Shown: positions 11,359-26,500, counted from the first letter of the whole stretch. The stretch: 56,685 nt of DNA, filler included, from Sphacelaria rigidula (GCA_964200075.2; 5 parts of 5 records of this genome joined end to end with filler, not necessarily neighbours in it), one strand, 5' to 3'. The notes: a model not told the origin generated them from the sequence alone. A program made the numbers and translations.

Positions 11359-14300
11359 CTCCTGGGCGATGCTGTCTGGGCCGTTCTTGAATACACAGCA
11401 GGTGCGGACCGTGCTTGCGAAAACAGGATACTTGCCATCATCCAACGCTTTTCACCGTTTTTCGCGGAGGCGTTTAAAAGACTATTAAAAAAAACATTCC
11501 CCCGGCGTGACACTGTTCATATAGATTTTAGACTTGACCCCCGTCTCCGTACGGTAGAATACTTACTCGCATAGGCTGTAATTGGCACGGCCTGTCGAGC
11601 AGATGGGCATCTCCCCCTTGATGAGACTACCAATAAGATATTATGCGGATCACAGCCCAATTCATAGGTTTCGATGAGATACGGGGGTAAGAGAACTTAC
11701 ATCTGTTTCAGGCTGACCTATCTCGTACGATCAAGTCTTGGCCTACTACCTACCTGGTTGTTGATGGATCTTTTCTTCTACACACCGTGAGCGTTGTACT
11801 GTCGCCATCCTGTATCATAGATAGACGTACCCACGACGACTCTGCATAAAGGAACTAATCTATCTATGACGCAAAATCCGGTTACATTATTAAGAGCAGT
11901 CTTCAAACATCGTCACGCCATCAGCATACTGTTGTAACGGAGAGTGGTTGATATTTAGTCACTATCATGGCGCTGGTACTGGTGGTGCAGTTGCAGTGGT
12001 GAAGAGTGTCATGGCGCCAGATCTTCTCCCTCTCTCACCTCCTCACTATCGGAAGTACTGAATTATACCACCCCGTCCTTGCCGTCGCTGCGGTGCACGA
12101 TATAGAGTCGACTAGACGACTAGACAGGTTCTTCCTGTTCGGCAGCGTTGATTTCGGGCAGTCTTCAAACCACATGGCTGTTGACTCCCCGCACGCCGTT
12201 TCGATATCAAGTCCGGCCAAAATATCCCCGTGTAAGCATCAGGAGGAGGCGGAGTGGAAGTGGGATGATCATCGAGACCGAGGATCACAGGCAGGATCAT
12301 TACCCGACGATAAACAAGGTGTGTATGGTGTGGTGGATGTACAGTACACATGTCGGCCAAAACAACTACAAGCTCAACGTACTTCTATGGTTGCACATTG
12401 TGTGTTGTAGTATAGGAGGAGGTTCGTCGTCGTGGGGGTGGCTGCGTGGTCTGTACATATGATATATGTGCATAGTCCATGCTTCGAAACCCAGGAAGTA
12501 TCTCTGTGCCCCTGACCCCGTACCGTCATTGTACTGGGCTGTACTGGGTGCCATTTTCCTCTCTATCCATTTATCTTGAACTCCACTTCTTTATATCCTA
12601 GTTCTCAACCTAACACCGGCAAAGTTCATCCCACCTTTGGAGGAATCCCCTACTGTGTTGTTTATCCTCCTGTGTATGACGCACATGCGCGTGTTTCATT
12701 GTGACTGTTTGAAGCGGGACTTGGTTGGGTAGCAGTACAGTAACAGATACAGAAGCACACTCCACATTTGTCCCTCGTTTTTGATAATTCTACCTCATCG
12801 CTTTCCACTGTCGATATATATATAGTCCTCCTATCGCTGCGAGGAATAAGTTCATCAATCGGACATCGCACTGCCAGCTATTATACCAGCACAACGAACT
12901 GCTCTATCTACAAGTTATTTGGTATCTCGCGACAGGTGGAACGCGCGAAGTGGAAGTTCTTCTCTTATCAGTGCATCAACACCAAGACGGTGTGATAATC
13001 TCATCATTATTAGTGTGCACACACACGTGAAGTCATCTGCTACACAAGCTCTTCGCATTCACCCTCAGTACCAACTATATTAGGGGGCTCCGCCGTATGC
13101 ATCCAGCACAAGATGTAGCAGCCGCTAGCCGTTTTTCGTAGCGTCAAGTTGCAAGCGTGTGGTTAATTTCCGTCCGGTGCATACCACACACGCCTAAAAC
13201 AATCAATGGTATCGCGGTATATGGGATACAGGATATATTCATTCATCATGATCTTGAAAAAATGACGATGCTTTCGGAATCGTTGGGTCTTTTGCCGAAT
13301 ACGCGGGTGCCCAACACGGAGTAGTACGCCTGTCCTCCAATCTCGTGTTTCCATCGCGCTGTTTTTTCCAAAGCCCACATCTTCACAACTACCCATCATC
13401 GATGACTGAAGCCATCTCTATCTCACGGCGTACTGGCAGACTCGCTCATTGCAGCAGTCTACCCATTGTTGAGGCATGGCGAGGTGACGGGTGTCGATTT
13501 TTGAATCTCTCTTCGCCCGTGGGATATTTGAAATTGGCTGCTGAGTTGGTTGGATAAATACTGTTTGTTTATCTACATGCCAACCAGGGCAGCAGCATAA
13601 TGACGGCTACGGCTGCTCGGTAGGCCAGTCTGGTGGGTTTGTCGGTAGGTATATGCGATGCGAGAGATTCCACTCCAATGATGCGTGTGCGTGATGAGTA
13701 ATGCGTTGTGGCTTGTTGTGAGAAGGGGCATTTGTGCAACGGCATGAAGCTCAATCGGCATTCGGGTCAATTGGGACATGGATAGTTGACGAAAGATACA
13801 ACTTAGTGCGCTTTTCAGCCAACTGTTTTAGCAACGAATATTTTTTCATCGGGGCAAGAAGGTGTCCCGACACTCTTTTTCGATGAACGAGTGGTGTCGC
13901 GATCACCCCCCCCCTCGCCTTCCCCCCCCAAAATAGTCCCGAAATGATCACACGAAGAAAATGGTCATACTGTCCTACGGTTTTTGAAAATATCGTTTAT
14001 CTTGAAAATAATGATGGGTAGCTATTTATTTGTAAAATCGTGCTAAAAAATACCATAAATAAATATAGTACCCCGCAGTAAAAGCCTATTATAGTCATAC
14101 AGAGAGTGATACTTGTTTCAGAGTGTATGAAGCGCCTAGTAAGGACGACATGAGCGAGAACGACCCCAAGTGTGGGAGTTCGCAGCTGCTCGGTGTGCTC
14201 GAATTCTTTTGTTATTTTGATTCTCGCGCAGATTTGGCCTCCTCATACCAGCCATTTTTCTCTCGCGTGGGGGCGCGCGGGGGGGGGGGGGGCTACGCTG

Positions 14301-15061
14301 TATCGCGGCATCGCTCGAACGCACGAGATATTTCGTACTTTGCTATATATATATACACACACACACAAAAAGACGATAGCAGAACGGATGACGAAAATCA
14401 TGACCATCGATAACACAAACTCATTATTCCCGTTTATGCTATTGCAGTGCATCCTTTTGGTGGTACCACCACTGTACAGGTAGTGGCTGCACTGTCTAAA
14501 CATTAACTGCCTGGGTTGTAGATTGCGGCCCGCACTGTGTTGAGGTGCGAGGTGATCAATCAAGTGGGTGAGTACATTTTAAGACGACGGGTTAGCGAGG
14601 AAGAAAGATCATCCTGTACGCTGTGTCATATGCAACACTGGCAAGAACACCGGTATTATTGACAACGGGGAGTTTGTTATCACACAACACATCGAAAATC
14701 AACGAAAGTTTAAACTTTGTTAAATTGTAAACTCGGTCATTTTCCACACCTGAGGTATCTGTGAGAATCAGGTTCCAAGTTAATTATAGTTCTTGAATCC
14801 GCACTACACTACAATCCTAGCCCCCGGTGCATAGACTGCGTAGTCTGCAAGGTTGCTCTTTGTGTTTCAGTAAAACATTACATGTAGCTGTGCTCCTGTT
14901 GTGTTGGACGAGCAAAAAGCAACACCAACAACACCGACAACGGCACAATTGCGGGGGGGGAGGCTGGACCCACCAAAACCTACACTGCCCTTCCCCCAAG
15001 ACTGTCTAACTGAACAGTCCGTACTGTTGTATTGTATCACGAACCCCACTACCACTGCATC

Positions 15062-16261
15062 ATGCCTGGCTACAGACGTGGGGTCTCTACTTCTCATCAT
15101 CCTCTCCATGATCACCCCCTATCCGAAACGCCAGGCGAGCGACGACACGACAGCGTTCCGGGGGGAGGGAGCAGCACGACAAACTCCCCAGCCACCGAGC
15201 ACGGGTCTATAGCAGCACGGCTGCGCCGCAGCGCCGGCTTGTCGAGCAACAACAAGGTGCTGAAACGAATGTACAGCTTCGGGGGCGTGGGTAACGGGGC
15301 ATGAACATCGCACAACCAAAGCAGCAGTAGAGCTACCAATGATGCCGCTTCCCACGGCAGTTTGGCGGGTCCATCTCCCTCGGATGACAGCTTTGTATCA
15401 GAAGCCGGTGGGAGCGTGGCCGTGGGGACGAGGACACGTAGTGACAGATCATTATACAATCCTTTTGGGCGCAGTGGCGGCGGTGGCGGCAGTGGCGGCG
15501 GGAGTAATACAGAGTACGGTGGTGGCGTTCGAGGAAGCAATACTGAGCCAACTACAAGGACCCAAACGAACAATGCTGGTAACAGAGTGGGGAGGAAAAA
15601 CGATAGGCGCGCGCAGCAGCTGCAGCAGGTGGGAAGTGAAAGCTCCGGGGCGTCCCCGAGCACCGATATCTCAGTCTCGCCGCGACCTCCACTCAGCTAC
15701 AGCGACTCTGTAGCGAAGAACAACATTCATCCGTATGCGTCCGCGAACGGAGTTGCCAGTTTGCGTCCTCGACGCTCGGAAAGCTTGCCGGGTCCGGCGC
15801 CTACCCAAATTGAGGGCGGGAGCACGAGATGGCGCACTCCGTCTCCGTTCGGCAGGCAAACGTCTGCTTCGGAGTTGCCCAGGCGGAGATCTAGCGAAAA
15901 ACCGTTCCCTGTGTCATCTTTGATCCCCCCTTCACCAGAAGACAAGGTTTATTGGCAAGCAGGAAGGCAAGAAGGTGATGAACACGCGCCATCGCGGCCA
16001 CCACCTTCACAACGGAAGACGCCGGAAGTGCGTGTTGCTGATGATGCTCGTGGTATCTCTGCAACGGTTGACGCTTCCAGTACGGTGGCCACGCCTGGCT
16101 ATGGTGCTCGTAGAAGTCGACGAGAGCAGGAGCCAAACGAGGTTGGGAGCGGGGAAGGAGGCGGGGAAGGGATGGAATTAGAGGCTTTGCACAAAAAGAT
16201 AAATGAACTAAGCAGGTCGCAAAGGAAGCTGGCGAGACGAGTTGCCAGACGGGACAAGTCG
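15062..16261 (+). CDS. Large low-complexity (S/G/R/P-rich) exon ending in a short coiled coil, with one in-frame TGA at 15302-15304
   Basis: ORFs 15032-15304 and 15362-16324 are in the same frame, separated by a single TGA. The frame ends ...MELEALHKKINELSRSQRKLARRVARRDKS followed by a consensus donor GTGAGT at 16262. A candidate acceptor TACAG ends at 15075. Identity unknown. Confidence 0.55.
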
Positions 16262-19200
16262 GTGAGTACTGCTGTATTGGATGTACACATGTTTTTGTCC
16301 GGTGCGGTGCCTTCTGATCATTAGTACAACAGTACAGTATACGGGTTGTTTTATATGCAGACTACAGCAGATATGCTTGCTTCTTCTATCGTTGAACAGA
16401 GTGCTGCCTGCGTACAGCGTATGGTAAAATGCCTCTCCCAAGCAGTGTGATTGTGTCTACTTCGTGCAGCACGTGGAGAGGTAGCTGACAGGTGAGCAAT
16501 TTTGTTGCGGTGGACGTTTAGCGAATGCTGCGATGGCTCTCAAGTTACGATGTCGGGAGGTCTTCATGGTGTGCACCAGGCGAACAGACGGCACCCTCTG
16601 AAAGTATTGATTCTGTTATGTCGATGGTTTCATTTTTGAATTTGTTTTGTCCTATCCTGTTATGCTTGGTGATTGGTCTACCTGTAAACGTTGTGCCACG
16701 CAAGGAGCGTGGTATCAGTTATGGGGCAAATGGGTGACCGTAGACCCAGCTGGAACCCAGACCATAGCAGCTCGGTTATCGCACGACACACGGCTACAGG
16801 AATGATCCACCATGCGTATGTGCAGGGCAATATATTGTACGCACGTTTGATGTTGCTGTCTTGGGTTTCATGGTGGGGTCTACCCGTGCACGTCCCGGAT
16901 TTGCTTGCATTTACCTCATACACAGGTGGAGAGGTTGGTGGATTTTCCCCGTCGGTGTCACTGCATTCATTTTATTATTACCGTTTGAATCTCCCCCTCG
17001 GCGCGTCTCCGCCCACCATGAAACTGATTGGAAAATTCGAAACGAGCTTTACTGTTGTACCGTTACTGGCTGTTGTATATGCATACATGTCCGGGCGACG
17101 AGCGTGTCCTCGGCATGAACATCGAAGTCAATAATTGGCAGTTCCGCGTCTCGTATGAGTTACCCAATCATGTCGGTCAAATGACATGTGCGTTGAGAGG
17201 GATTCTTCTTCGAAGAGGTGTTTAGGCGGACCTCCAAAATTCCCCCTCACTGAGACTGTATGCGTACTACACAACACTTGTGTCCTGACGGTATGTACAG
17301 GCGTTACTTGCTGTGTACGAATAACTCAAGGTGCCATGCTGCGCATACATCCTGGACTGGGGGCGGTGGGGTGGCGAAAGAAAATGTCCAGCAGTCGCAT
17401 GGTCTGCGATGTCTGTAACAGAAGAGTTCTGCTGCATTGCTCAACTGCGAGCTGTATCGTGCCGTGTCTTTTGTAGGCATTTCGTCTGCCCTCTGTACCT
17501 CGCGTGGCGTTCCATTGTGCGGTACCGTGTGTGCGGAACCTGTTCTGTACTGTCAGCTGTTTCCGGCTGTACTCTGCGATGTGTCGGCTGTACGATAGTG
17601 TTACGATACTGTCTGTACCCGAGGTAAGAGATCAAGATCAATATTAGAGACATTGAGTAATGGACAGCACAAATGCCTGTGATATCGTGCACCAAAACTG
17701 TCGTCGTGTCGTGGGGAGTGGGGAGGCATATATTACATATGTGGGAACGATGGTGACCTTCAGTTGTCCGGCCTCTTGGTCTGGTCCCACGAGATGCTCG
17801 AACGCTTGCGCGATGTCGAGACAGCACAACTGTGTACAGGGCAAAACATTCTCAGTATACGTCGAAATGAAGTGTAACCTGGAGGACTTCTCGTGTCTGA
17901 TGAAATCCATCAGGCGGAACCAAAATGCTTCCCCGCAACTTCCTCGTCCTCTCGTGTGCTAACTACTTGTCTACTGAATGCACACACTGCTGCAAATACG
18001 GATAGAATCTCCGCGTTCCTTTGTTAACTACTGCATTTTTTCATGACCGTTTAGGCGGAGCTTTTAGCTTTCTGTTTTTTTATATCGTTCTACTTCCTCA
18101 TCCTCAGAGTGCGTCCCCTCGTGTACTGTGCGTAGACACTTCTTGCACAACCGAAGTTTTTTTTTTTTCTGGTCTCATAAGCACAAAACATCGAAACCGC
18201 CATGAACGCAGGATGGACAGCTAGACGTGCCTCTCAACAGCTCACCATTTTTTTTCGCCAACTATGCTTTAACTACGTTGTACTCTCGACCCTCCTCAAT
18301 TCGTTTGCATTGCACTGACTCCAGTGGACTTTCGAACCTCTGCCGTCTGCGCACGCGTGTTGTGTATCAAACCGTTTTTTTTCGTCGTTGACGTTGCCCG
18401 CGCTAGTCAAAATTCATTGTTCCGTCACGAAAAAGCAGCAAAATAACGGAGGAGAGGAGACGGCGACGTTTGTAACAACTCGTGGTGTCTTTCTTTTTCG
18501 CCATTTTCACCCATTACGGAAATGCTCCTCTCGTCCATTGACAGCGTGAAATATTGAAGCGTTCTTCGCCAAGATTTTTGCTCACTCACCGTTGTAACCT
18601 ACTGCAGTTGGTATTAATTTACTGTTGACTTTTGGACGGCGAGAGGAGGTGGTATATTGAGTCGGCACCAGTTTCACTTGAAGAGAGTATGCATGATCCA
18701 GATGAACGACCCTCGCGGGGTACGAGTTGACCTTTAGCCAAGAGAAGGTTCTCTGTTGTCTAAACGGTTGAATATACCGCAACGTCGAGTTTGAGATATC
18801 TCCATTTAGCTTGAATCGAGAGCAACATCCAGTTGAGTTTACGCATTGTTGGTCGCCGGAGTTAACGGTTGAAGAATTGTCATGAAAAAATGTCATGTTC
18901 CATGTCGGTGCGGAATACCGTGGTCGGATTCCTTGAGGTATGACAATCCCAGGTGCTCGCCCAGAGTGGCTCAGGACACGGTTTTGTGTCAATCGGTGCC
19001 CAGTGCTGCCAACGCACTCTCCGTTTTAAAGTGTCCTCTCTGTACCTCCCTTTTTGGCAGATTGTCGGCATGTCTCGATGCCTCTGGTTTAGGTAGCTGT
19101 TGCGGATAGAGTTTAACGGAAAACGAATCTACCGCAACCGTGGAATTTGGGCGAATAAAATCATAGAAGGTTATGGGTTACAAATGATATGGGGGTTGGT

Positions 19201-22200
19201 GTGAGGAGAGGGGTTGTTTTGGGTGTTTTATGCACCAAAAGAAGACAACATAGTATCCCAAAAAATATTTTGCAAATAATCTCCGGATATGGCGTGAGAA
19301 AAACCGAAAACCGTTCCGGCGTTGTGCTCGGCGTTCAACGGCTCACGATCCCAGCCCCTTCCACCATCTGAACCCTTCGTTGACAAGACAATTTGAAATG
19401 AACGGAATTTTTTGGGGTCCAGGAAATAATGAACTTCGAACTACTGTACTGTTAGTTGTGTCTACATTACCACAGGCGTTGTGTTTGGCGGAGAACAAGG
19501 GCCTCTCTTACCTTAAATCAGCCTCACTACTATATAGCGGCGGTACCCTTGCTGGTGAACGATCAATGTACACCTGGAAAATGAAATAGTCGCTTACGTT
19601 GAAAACTGACGATGCCATATTACCCCAGTTCAGCAATAGTAGCCAACAGAGTTTACCAAACGGTCGGAAACATTGGTTGTTCCTTGACCACAACCCTCGC
19701 CTTGAGTGCGATTGCTTGCTTCATGGCAGCCCGCCTCTTTGTTTCTGAGACCGTTTTGCGACGCATGCGCGCCGGGCCAGCTGATGATGTTATTTGTCGG
19801 TAATTGGGTGACGCGATGCTTACCCCTTGGACAGCGAGCGTCGCCTCAGAACACTTTCACAGGCTGACAGTCCAGGGACATCCGGGGTTTTCCAGCGGGC
19901 GGAGGGGTGGTTTTTGAAATGGAGGTTAACCATATATACTTGGCAGTTTCCCGCGGAAAATTATAAGTCAAGAACGAGGTCCGAGAGGAACGGAGTGACC
20001 GTTCTGACCAATCCAGTAGAGCTCAACCCTTGACCCTTGGACAGCGACCCCCCCGCAGGTGGACTGAGATGGACTATGCCATATTTGAGGTTCATACTAC
20101 CTCGTTTCTCGCTTCACAAAACGCCTATTCTGATAATCATGTGGACGCTGGGCATCTCAGTAAGAAATAGGAGCGGAGAAGAACGCAGTGGTGGCGCGCC
20201 AGAAACTTAACCTTGACCAGTCTATCGAGTGACTTGGGCCGGCATCGTTCAACCCCCGACCTCCACATATATCACCAAGCCTAAACAATGCTTGTTTGCT
20301 GGGCTTGTGCGGGCGTTCATCCCTGACCGAGTGGCGATTGATGATGAGGCCGACAGGATCCGTTGCGCCCTGCGGGCCCGACTGATACCGTACCCAGTAT
20401 AATCGTCATCAGACAGGAAGTGCGAAAAAAAATGTACGGTCACCCCTGGTATCCACCGTTTCAGTGCAGACCGGGCCCTCAGCGCCTTACCCGGCTACGG
20501 CAGTGCCTGTAATACCTCGCTGTAGTACCAATCCACACACCCTCCAAGTTTCGGCGTCATCGCAAGCGAGGTGCGTGTTATCTCGACGCCTCACCTTCAA
20601 AAACACCGCCTCCTCCATTTTGTCTCTTCCTTTTCCAAAATATGAAATTCAAACCCAACCCCAACCGAAAATCCAACCATCCATTCTCGAACAATCTTTC
20701 ATTAATGAATTAATTATATATTATGGAGAAGGAGAACACTGCTACAGGTGGACTACTTCACTGTCTAGCCGTATTTCTCATATTGGCCACGGCAATTCAG
20801 CCATGGATAATGTGGGCACAAATAAAGTTTGTGCTTTTTGCTCTGCTCGTGCTCTACAGTATGCCGCGTGCCTGACCCCTCATGTGTTGCCAGCATAGCT
20901 CCACACTGTCTGCCGTGGTGTTGTGAAACACTGAGCAGAGACATGAGCAGCATGCAGTAGACTGTTCGGTGGAGCGCGATAGCACGCTGATCGTTTCTTG
21001 CCATCGTATCCAGCGGAGACATATGCACACATACTGACTCTGCATGCAACAGACTGCAGGGTCGAAAACGGTCAGAAGTTCTCCAGGACTATATTCTCTA
21101 TATAGATGTCCAACATCCACATGTTCATGAAAACAGCAGTCCTGCGTCAATGAAAAAAGAACGGAATACCCGCACGATATTTGTGAATGCTCGCACTTGG
21201 CCCCCATACAAAAATCGTAGCACTTTTGAACTGAAACTTTGCTTGTTAATTTTTTCGACCGCAGGTGACGTCACCGCAGTGAAACTCGGTGCTCTAGTCG
21301 TACACAACATAGGCGGTATGTACACCCAAGAACAGCTCATTTCGGCCACCGAGCAAACTACAGCAAGCGAGTACCATTACACCGTTAATACGCAGTCAAA
21401 ACGGCCATCTCGCACCCCAGATTATGTGCACTATAAGTGAATGCATAGGTGGGCATGATGTAGTGCTGGCAAACAAACATGCATCAGTCCTGGTACACCC
21501 TCTGGATAATGACAATCTGTAGAAAAGTCGTTTCGGCACCGCCTGTGAAGATGCTCAACGCGGGAGGCACGGTCGTACGCGCGTTGTTTGTCGCTGCAAG
21601 GCGCCTGAACTTCGGCCACATGTTTATGGAGACCACAATCAACAAGCGCGTGTGTTTGGATCTGAGGTTAGGCGTTGCAACAGAGCGCGAGGGAATGAAA
21701 AAAAAACTCAGATTATGTTCCGATTTTTGTATTTTTTCGGCGCAGAACTGGAAGACCTTTCGTGTCGCGAAAAAAGAGCGTGCTCTAAACCCCAAATGTG
21801 GCACAGTCCATCTCCGTCCTTGGTGAGAAGTGTATTCACCGGAGGTTTTCAGTGTTGAACAACTGTTGCTGAGTACCCATGTGCATCTGGCATCCATCCT
21901 CGTTAATGAAGACCATTCTCCAAAATATCGCGAGACTGTCAGCTGAAAGAAAAAAAAAACTAACAACATTTAGTAAGGGTTGAGATATGCAGTACTGAAT
22001 ACGAGACGGTTATGACCAACTTCACTTTTTTTCAATCCCTCCCCTTTCCTCGCATCGAGTCCGTGGCCTGAAGCGACGTCAACCCATCTTTCTCCCGTTA
22101 CATGCCTTGCATCTTGGTACAACGGATTGGATGATGACCATCAGCACCCCCGCCACCGCGTCGACTCTCGTCACACCAACTCAGCCAACCAAACTACTTT

Positions 22201-22616
22201 TGCCATCCACGTCCCCAAACTTTTAATGACAGAAATCAGATACTTTTGAGTTAAAATCTAAACCAGACGGATTTGTCGGGAATCGGACCCCTCTCTCTCC
22301 ACACTCATGATGCCATTTGCACCATTAGACCATATATATGGAGCCCACGAATCTAAAAATGCGCGCAGATTCAAACTGGTCGGATCAAAACCTTTTTTTA
22401 TCCTCTTGGAACTCAATCTGGATTAAGGTTGCGCAAATAGGACGGGATACAAATGGTCTGATGTGCGGGGAGTAGTTGTTCCCCCTCATTTTTGCAACAC
22501 GGGGTGTACGTACGGTGATGTGCGGTAACATCGGGTGAACCCTTCCACGGTTAGGACAAATCATCACGACTCAAAATCACCAAATTCACGATTTCTCCCG
22601 CCTGATCGCCCAAAAG

Positions 22617-22716
22617 NNNNNNNNNNNNNNNNNNNNNNNNNNNNNNNNNNNNNNNNNNNNTTAATTAATTAANNNNNNNNNNNNNNNNNNNNNNNNNNNN
22701 NNNNNNNNNNNNNNNN
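22617..22716. other. Artificial contig-joining spacer
   Basis: Same 100-nt N44-TTAATTAATTAA-N44 linker. Confidence 0.98.
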
Positions 22717-23543
22717 ATTGTTAGGAGCCCCTGAACCAGACAAAATTTCGCGAAAAAAGTGCACCCCTACCGTAGCATTGCTCAATATTGTCTTTCCCTT
22801 GCTCTAAAAATAAAAAATACAATTTAATCATCAGTGAACCAAACATCCAACCAACAAATCCCAATCCTAGCCAACCAATCAATATTATTAATTAATTAAT
22901 TAATATTATTTAAGTTGTTGGTCTCATATTTTTTCCTTTTGGATTTTGATAAATATTCTTGCTGTGGACGCACTCGGACGGACAGACGTTATCCCCCATG
23001 CTTTCATGGTGGATATAGGATACGCTGGACAAATTATGTTTTCTGTTGATAGCGTTATGTCGTGTGTAGGCGGGGCACTCCCTGTTTGTGTTTCTATGAC
23101 GATGCTTCTTGAATAGAACCCGTAGGTGTACTGTAGACTTCTTGCATCAAGCCTTCCTCCCTTGGCTTTTTGGTTCAAATATATGTAGTAAAATATTATG
23201 CTCCTTACGTTCTATGACCACGGATTTGAGAGATCGAGATATTGTGACGGAAATAGGGGTAATCGTCAAATTCAGTAGTCAATTTGAGGCGCCTTACCCG
23301 TTTTGCCGTAGTTGTTAGACTGTGTACAGAGCGTACAGAGTACTACTGGTGTATACTGTATACTGTATTTAGAATATAACTGAAGAGAACGAGGAGGTCA
23401 AATTTGAGGATATTTTTATTTGTTGTATCTGCGGTACTCAGACCCGCGACAAGTCTATCTTTGTTTTTAAACCCGCCGCACCCACCTGCAGCATATTAAA
23501 CTTCTCGTGCGTCGTCCTGATCCTGTTCAACAATACAGTGGTC

Positions 23544-26500
23544 ATGACTGCTGCGGCTCCATCGGAACAACGTGGAGCGGAAAGTTCTAGAAAGAGAGAA
23601 CATGTGCCGCGTCGCGTCACCATAGGCATCCTGGCATTACAGGTGAAAAACATTGCGTTTGAGCTGTGGTGGGATGCATCAAAATCAAACTTTCAAGATG
23701 CTGACTGTCCTGTTTGTTCTATACAACACCCGCTGCACCACTTCTCTCCAAGTCGATTATCTCAACAAGAAAGATGATCATGCCGCCGACCACTACACCA
23801 TCGATATATAACATCGAGTTCTCTGGGAATCCTTGTGAAATGCATGTCGACGTTTGTCGAGAATATGGAGGCTAAGATTTTGCCGCCGGGTGGGGGGGGT
23901 GTTATATCCCGTGCATCTTGCGAGTGCTGACTCGATCCTTGTTGACAGCAGTGCATGTATATCTGCACGGACAAATAGCATCGCCCTGTATCCTGTATGC
24001 TATACCACGGGTAGACCTTAAGCTTATTAATATGTGCTCGATATACAATCGACCTTGAAATGTTGTCGTGTTTTCCTCCATGGGCGGGTTGTCGTTGGTC
24101 ACACCAGGGTGCTTTTGCGGAGCATTCTAAGGTTTTGCAAAGATTGGGTGCTGACGTGCGCGAGGTCAGGCTACCCGAAGAGTTTGAAGGTCTCGACGGC
24201 ATCGTGCTACCAGGTACGGTACTGCACTATCGTGCTCTTCACTGTGCTCTACAGTACAACAAAGTGCCATGGGTATTGTCGGACGATAGCGCCTAAACTG
24301 TGTGTTGGTCGTAGCTCCCCTGCTGATCAACTGCCCAGGTTTATGTGTAGCATCATACAACCTATGGGTTCCTTTTGAGCCTAACATGAAGATGAATCAC
24401 CACCGGACCACATGGACTGTTACACACCAGTCACCTCATAGCTTTAAACAGCACTACGGACAATAATGAGTACGCTGCTGCAGATATCGATGTGCCGGGG
24501 GAGACTTGGTGACGAGTACTACAGCAAGTGCAGACGGGGCATATGATCAATTCCGAAGCTGGACACTGGCCCTGGTTTACTGTAGCTGTAACCGCATGAC
24601 TCGCTGGTATACAACATGTAGGGATGGTATTTTGTACGAGAGTATTTCCGTATGTATATTCTTCTTCTCTTCTTTTTCCGTGTCGTCTCCCGTTGTCGAG
24701 TTTCCTTCAACGACTGTTTCTACAAGTTTCTATTTTGTTCATTGCTTTGGGTACGTCTATCTTGTGGATAATGACCACGGCTGGATCATGACTCCTGAGG
24801 GATCAGTTAATGCGCGACAATCAATCGATCATGCCGCTGTGCCCCGGTGGCCTAATGCTACAACTGATCATCAGGTCGGAAGAATGCAAGTTCCATTCCC
24901 GTCAGATGCACTCGGGTTTTCCTTCGAAGAGTAAGTGATTTTCCGTATTGGTAAACGTGATGCCGCGAGTAACGAGAAGAGATTTAAACAACGCTTTCGT
25001 GAGATGGAGAGTAGAGGATACGATCGAGAGTGAAAAGCGGCCAATTAATGAATTAATCGTTTCAGTTCCGAAATGTTCCTCCACGAAGCACGATATGATT
25101 TCTGTAGTAGCTCTGAGGCCCTTAATATCCCTGAGTAGGGTATCAACGTGTAGCTGTAAGCACACGCCGGGGATGGAGGCAAAGAAAAGCACACACGGGA
25201 TGAAAAAATGGTCAAGTTGAAGCGAAAGATCGAAGCCACTCTCAATCCGCGCTCTACTCTCAATCTCACGGAAACGTCATTATTGGATGACAAAAGACGC
25301 GGTGCGGGCGTGCTGATCCAACACGTTACACCAAAGCGAAAGGCCCGAAGGCCCGTACGGCGGGGGGGGGGGGGCGGGGTTGATATCTTGAAGGCACGGA
25401 CTTGTCCTCAGGAAACGGAGCGGCTGAAAGTGTAACAGATATGAAAAAGGGTTCACGGGTTCTATGCAGATTGCCCGGTGCGCACGCCGCTGCGCTCCCA
25501 TCCCGCCCCGTTTCCCCGGCCGTCGCCATCCGCTCGATGCATTTATACAGGCGGTGAGAGTACGGCAATGGCTTTGATCGGAGAACGATGGGGGGTGTTC
25601 CCCCGCCTAAAGCGGTGGGTTTCTGAAGGCCGACCGGTTTGGGGCACCTGCGCCGGCATGATTTTGCTGTCGGATAGTGCCCTGATGACCAAGCAAGGAG
25701 GGCAGTCGCTGGTGGGTGGTCTCAACGTGGAGGTGAGCGACACTTATCAAGGGTTGGGTTTACCCGCTGAGTCCGACGGAGTTGCGAGTAATGAATGTGA
25801 TTTGGCCTACGAAATATCCCGAAAAATATTGTTTTCGCCTGGTTCATTCTCCTACTATACGTGAGAGTTTCAAGGGCAGGTCGAGTAGAGTATACTCAAC
25901 TGCGGGGTATTTTGAAAGACGTACTTGGGGTACTCAAGTTAGGGTAGAGTGTTAGGAGTCATACCCGAAAAATAGCTGGGAAGCGATCCCTGAAACCCTA
26001 CCCGTAATTGAGTATACTCTACTCGACCTACCCTTGAAGAGTTTCAAGGGCAGGTCGAGTAGAGTATACTCAGTTGCGGGGTATTCTGAAAGTCGTACGT
26101 GAAGTACACAAATTGGGGGTAGGGTCTTAAGGATCCCTTTCCAGTTATTTTTCGGGTACGACTCATGACACTCCAACTTTATTTGAGCACCTCAAGTACA
26201 TCTTTAAAAATACCCCGCAATTGAGTATACTCTACTCGACCTGCCCTTGGACAGTTTGTAACATTTTTTCCATTACCCAAACTCCCCGCTCCCTCTGAGC
26301 TCCCCGCCGCATGCTTTTTCGGGGAGAAATATGGATTTATCCTGGTTGTGCCAAAACACTTCTACGGCCCTACCAGCGGCCGACCACTCGACTGAACCCC
26401 TGCCAGGGACGTCGACGAATGTGCATGCATGTTTCTGCTCTGCTTGCGCCGTGCAATAGCGTAGGTTCTGCACCTAAAAATCCTGTGGAGACGGAGGAGC

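Noticed and set aside
12128..13483. Candidate exons 12128-12318 and 13440-13483 upstream of the 15-kb exon
   Set aside because: They have AG/GT borders, but I could not splice them in phase to the long frame at 15076, and no family motif was recognised.
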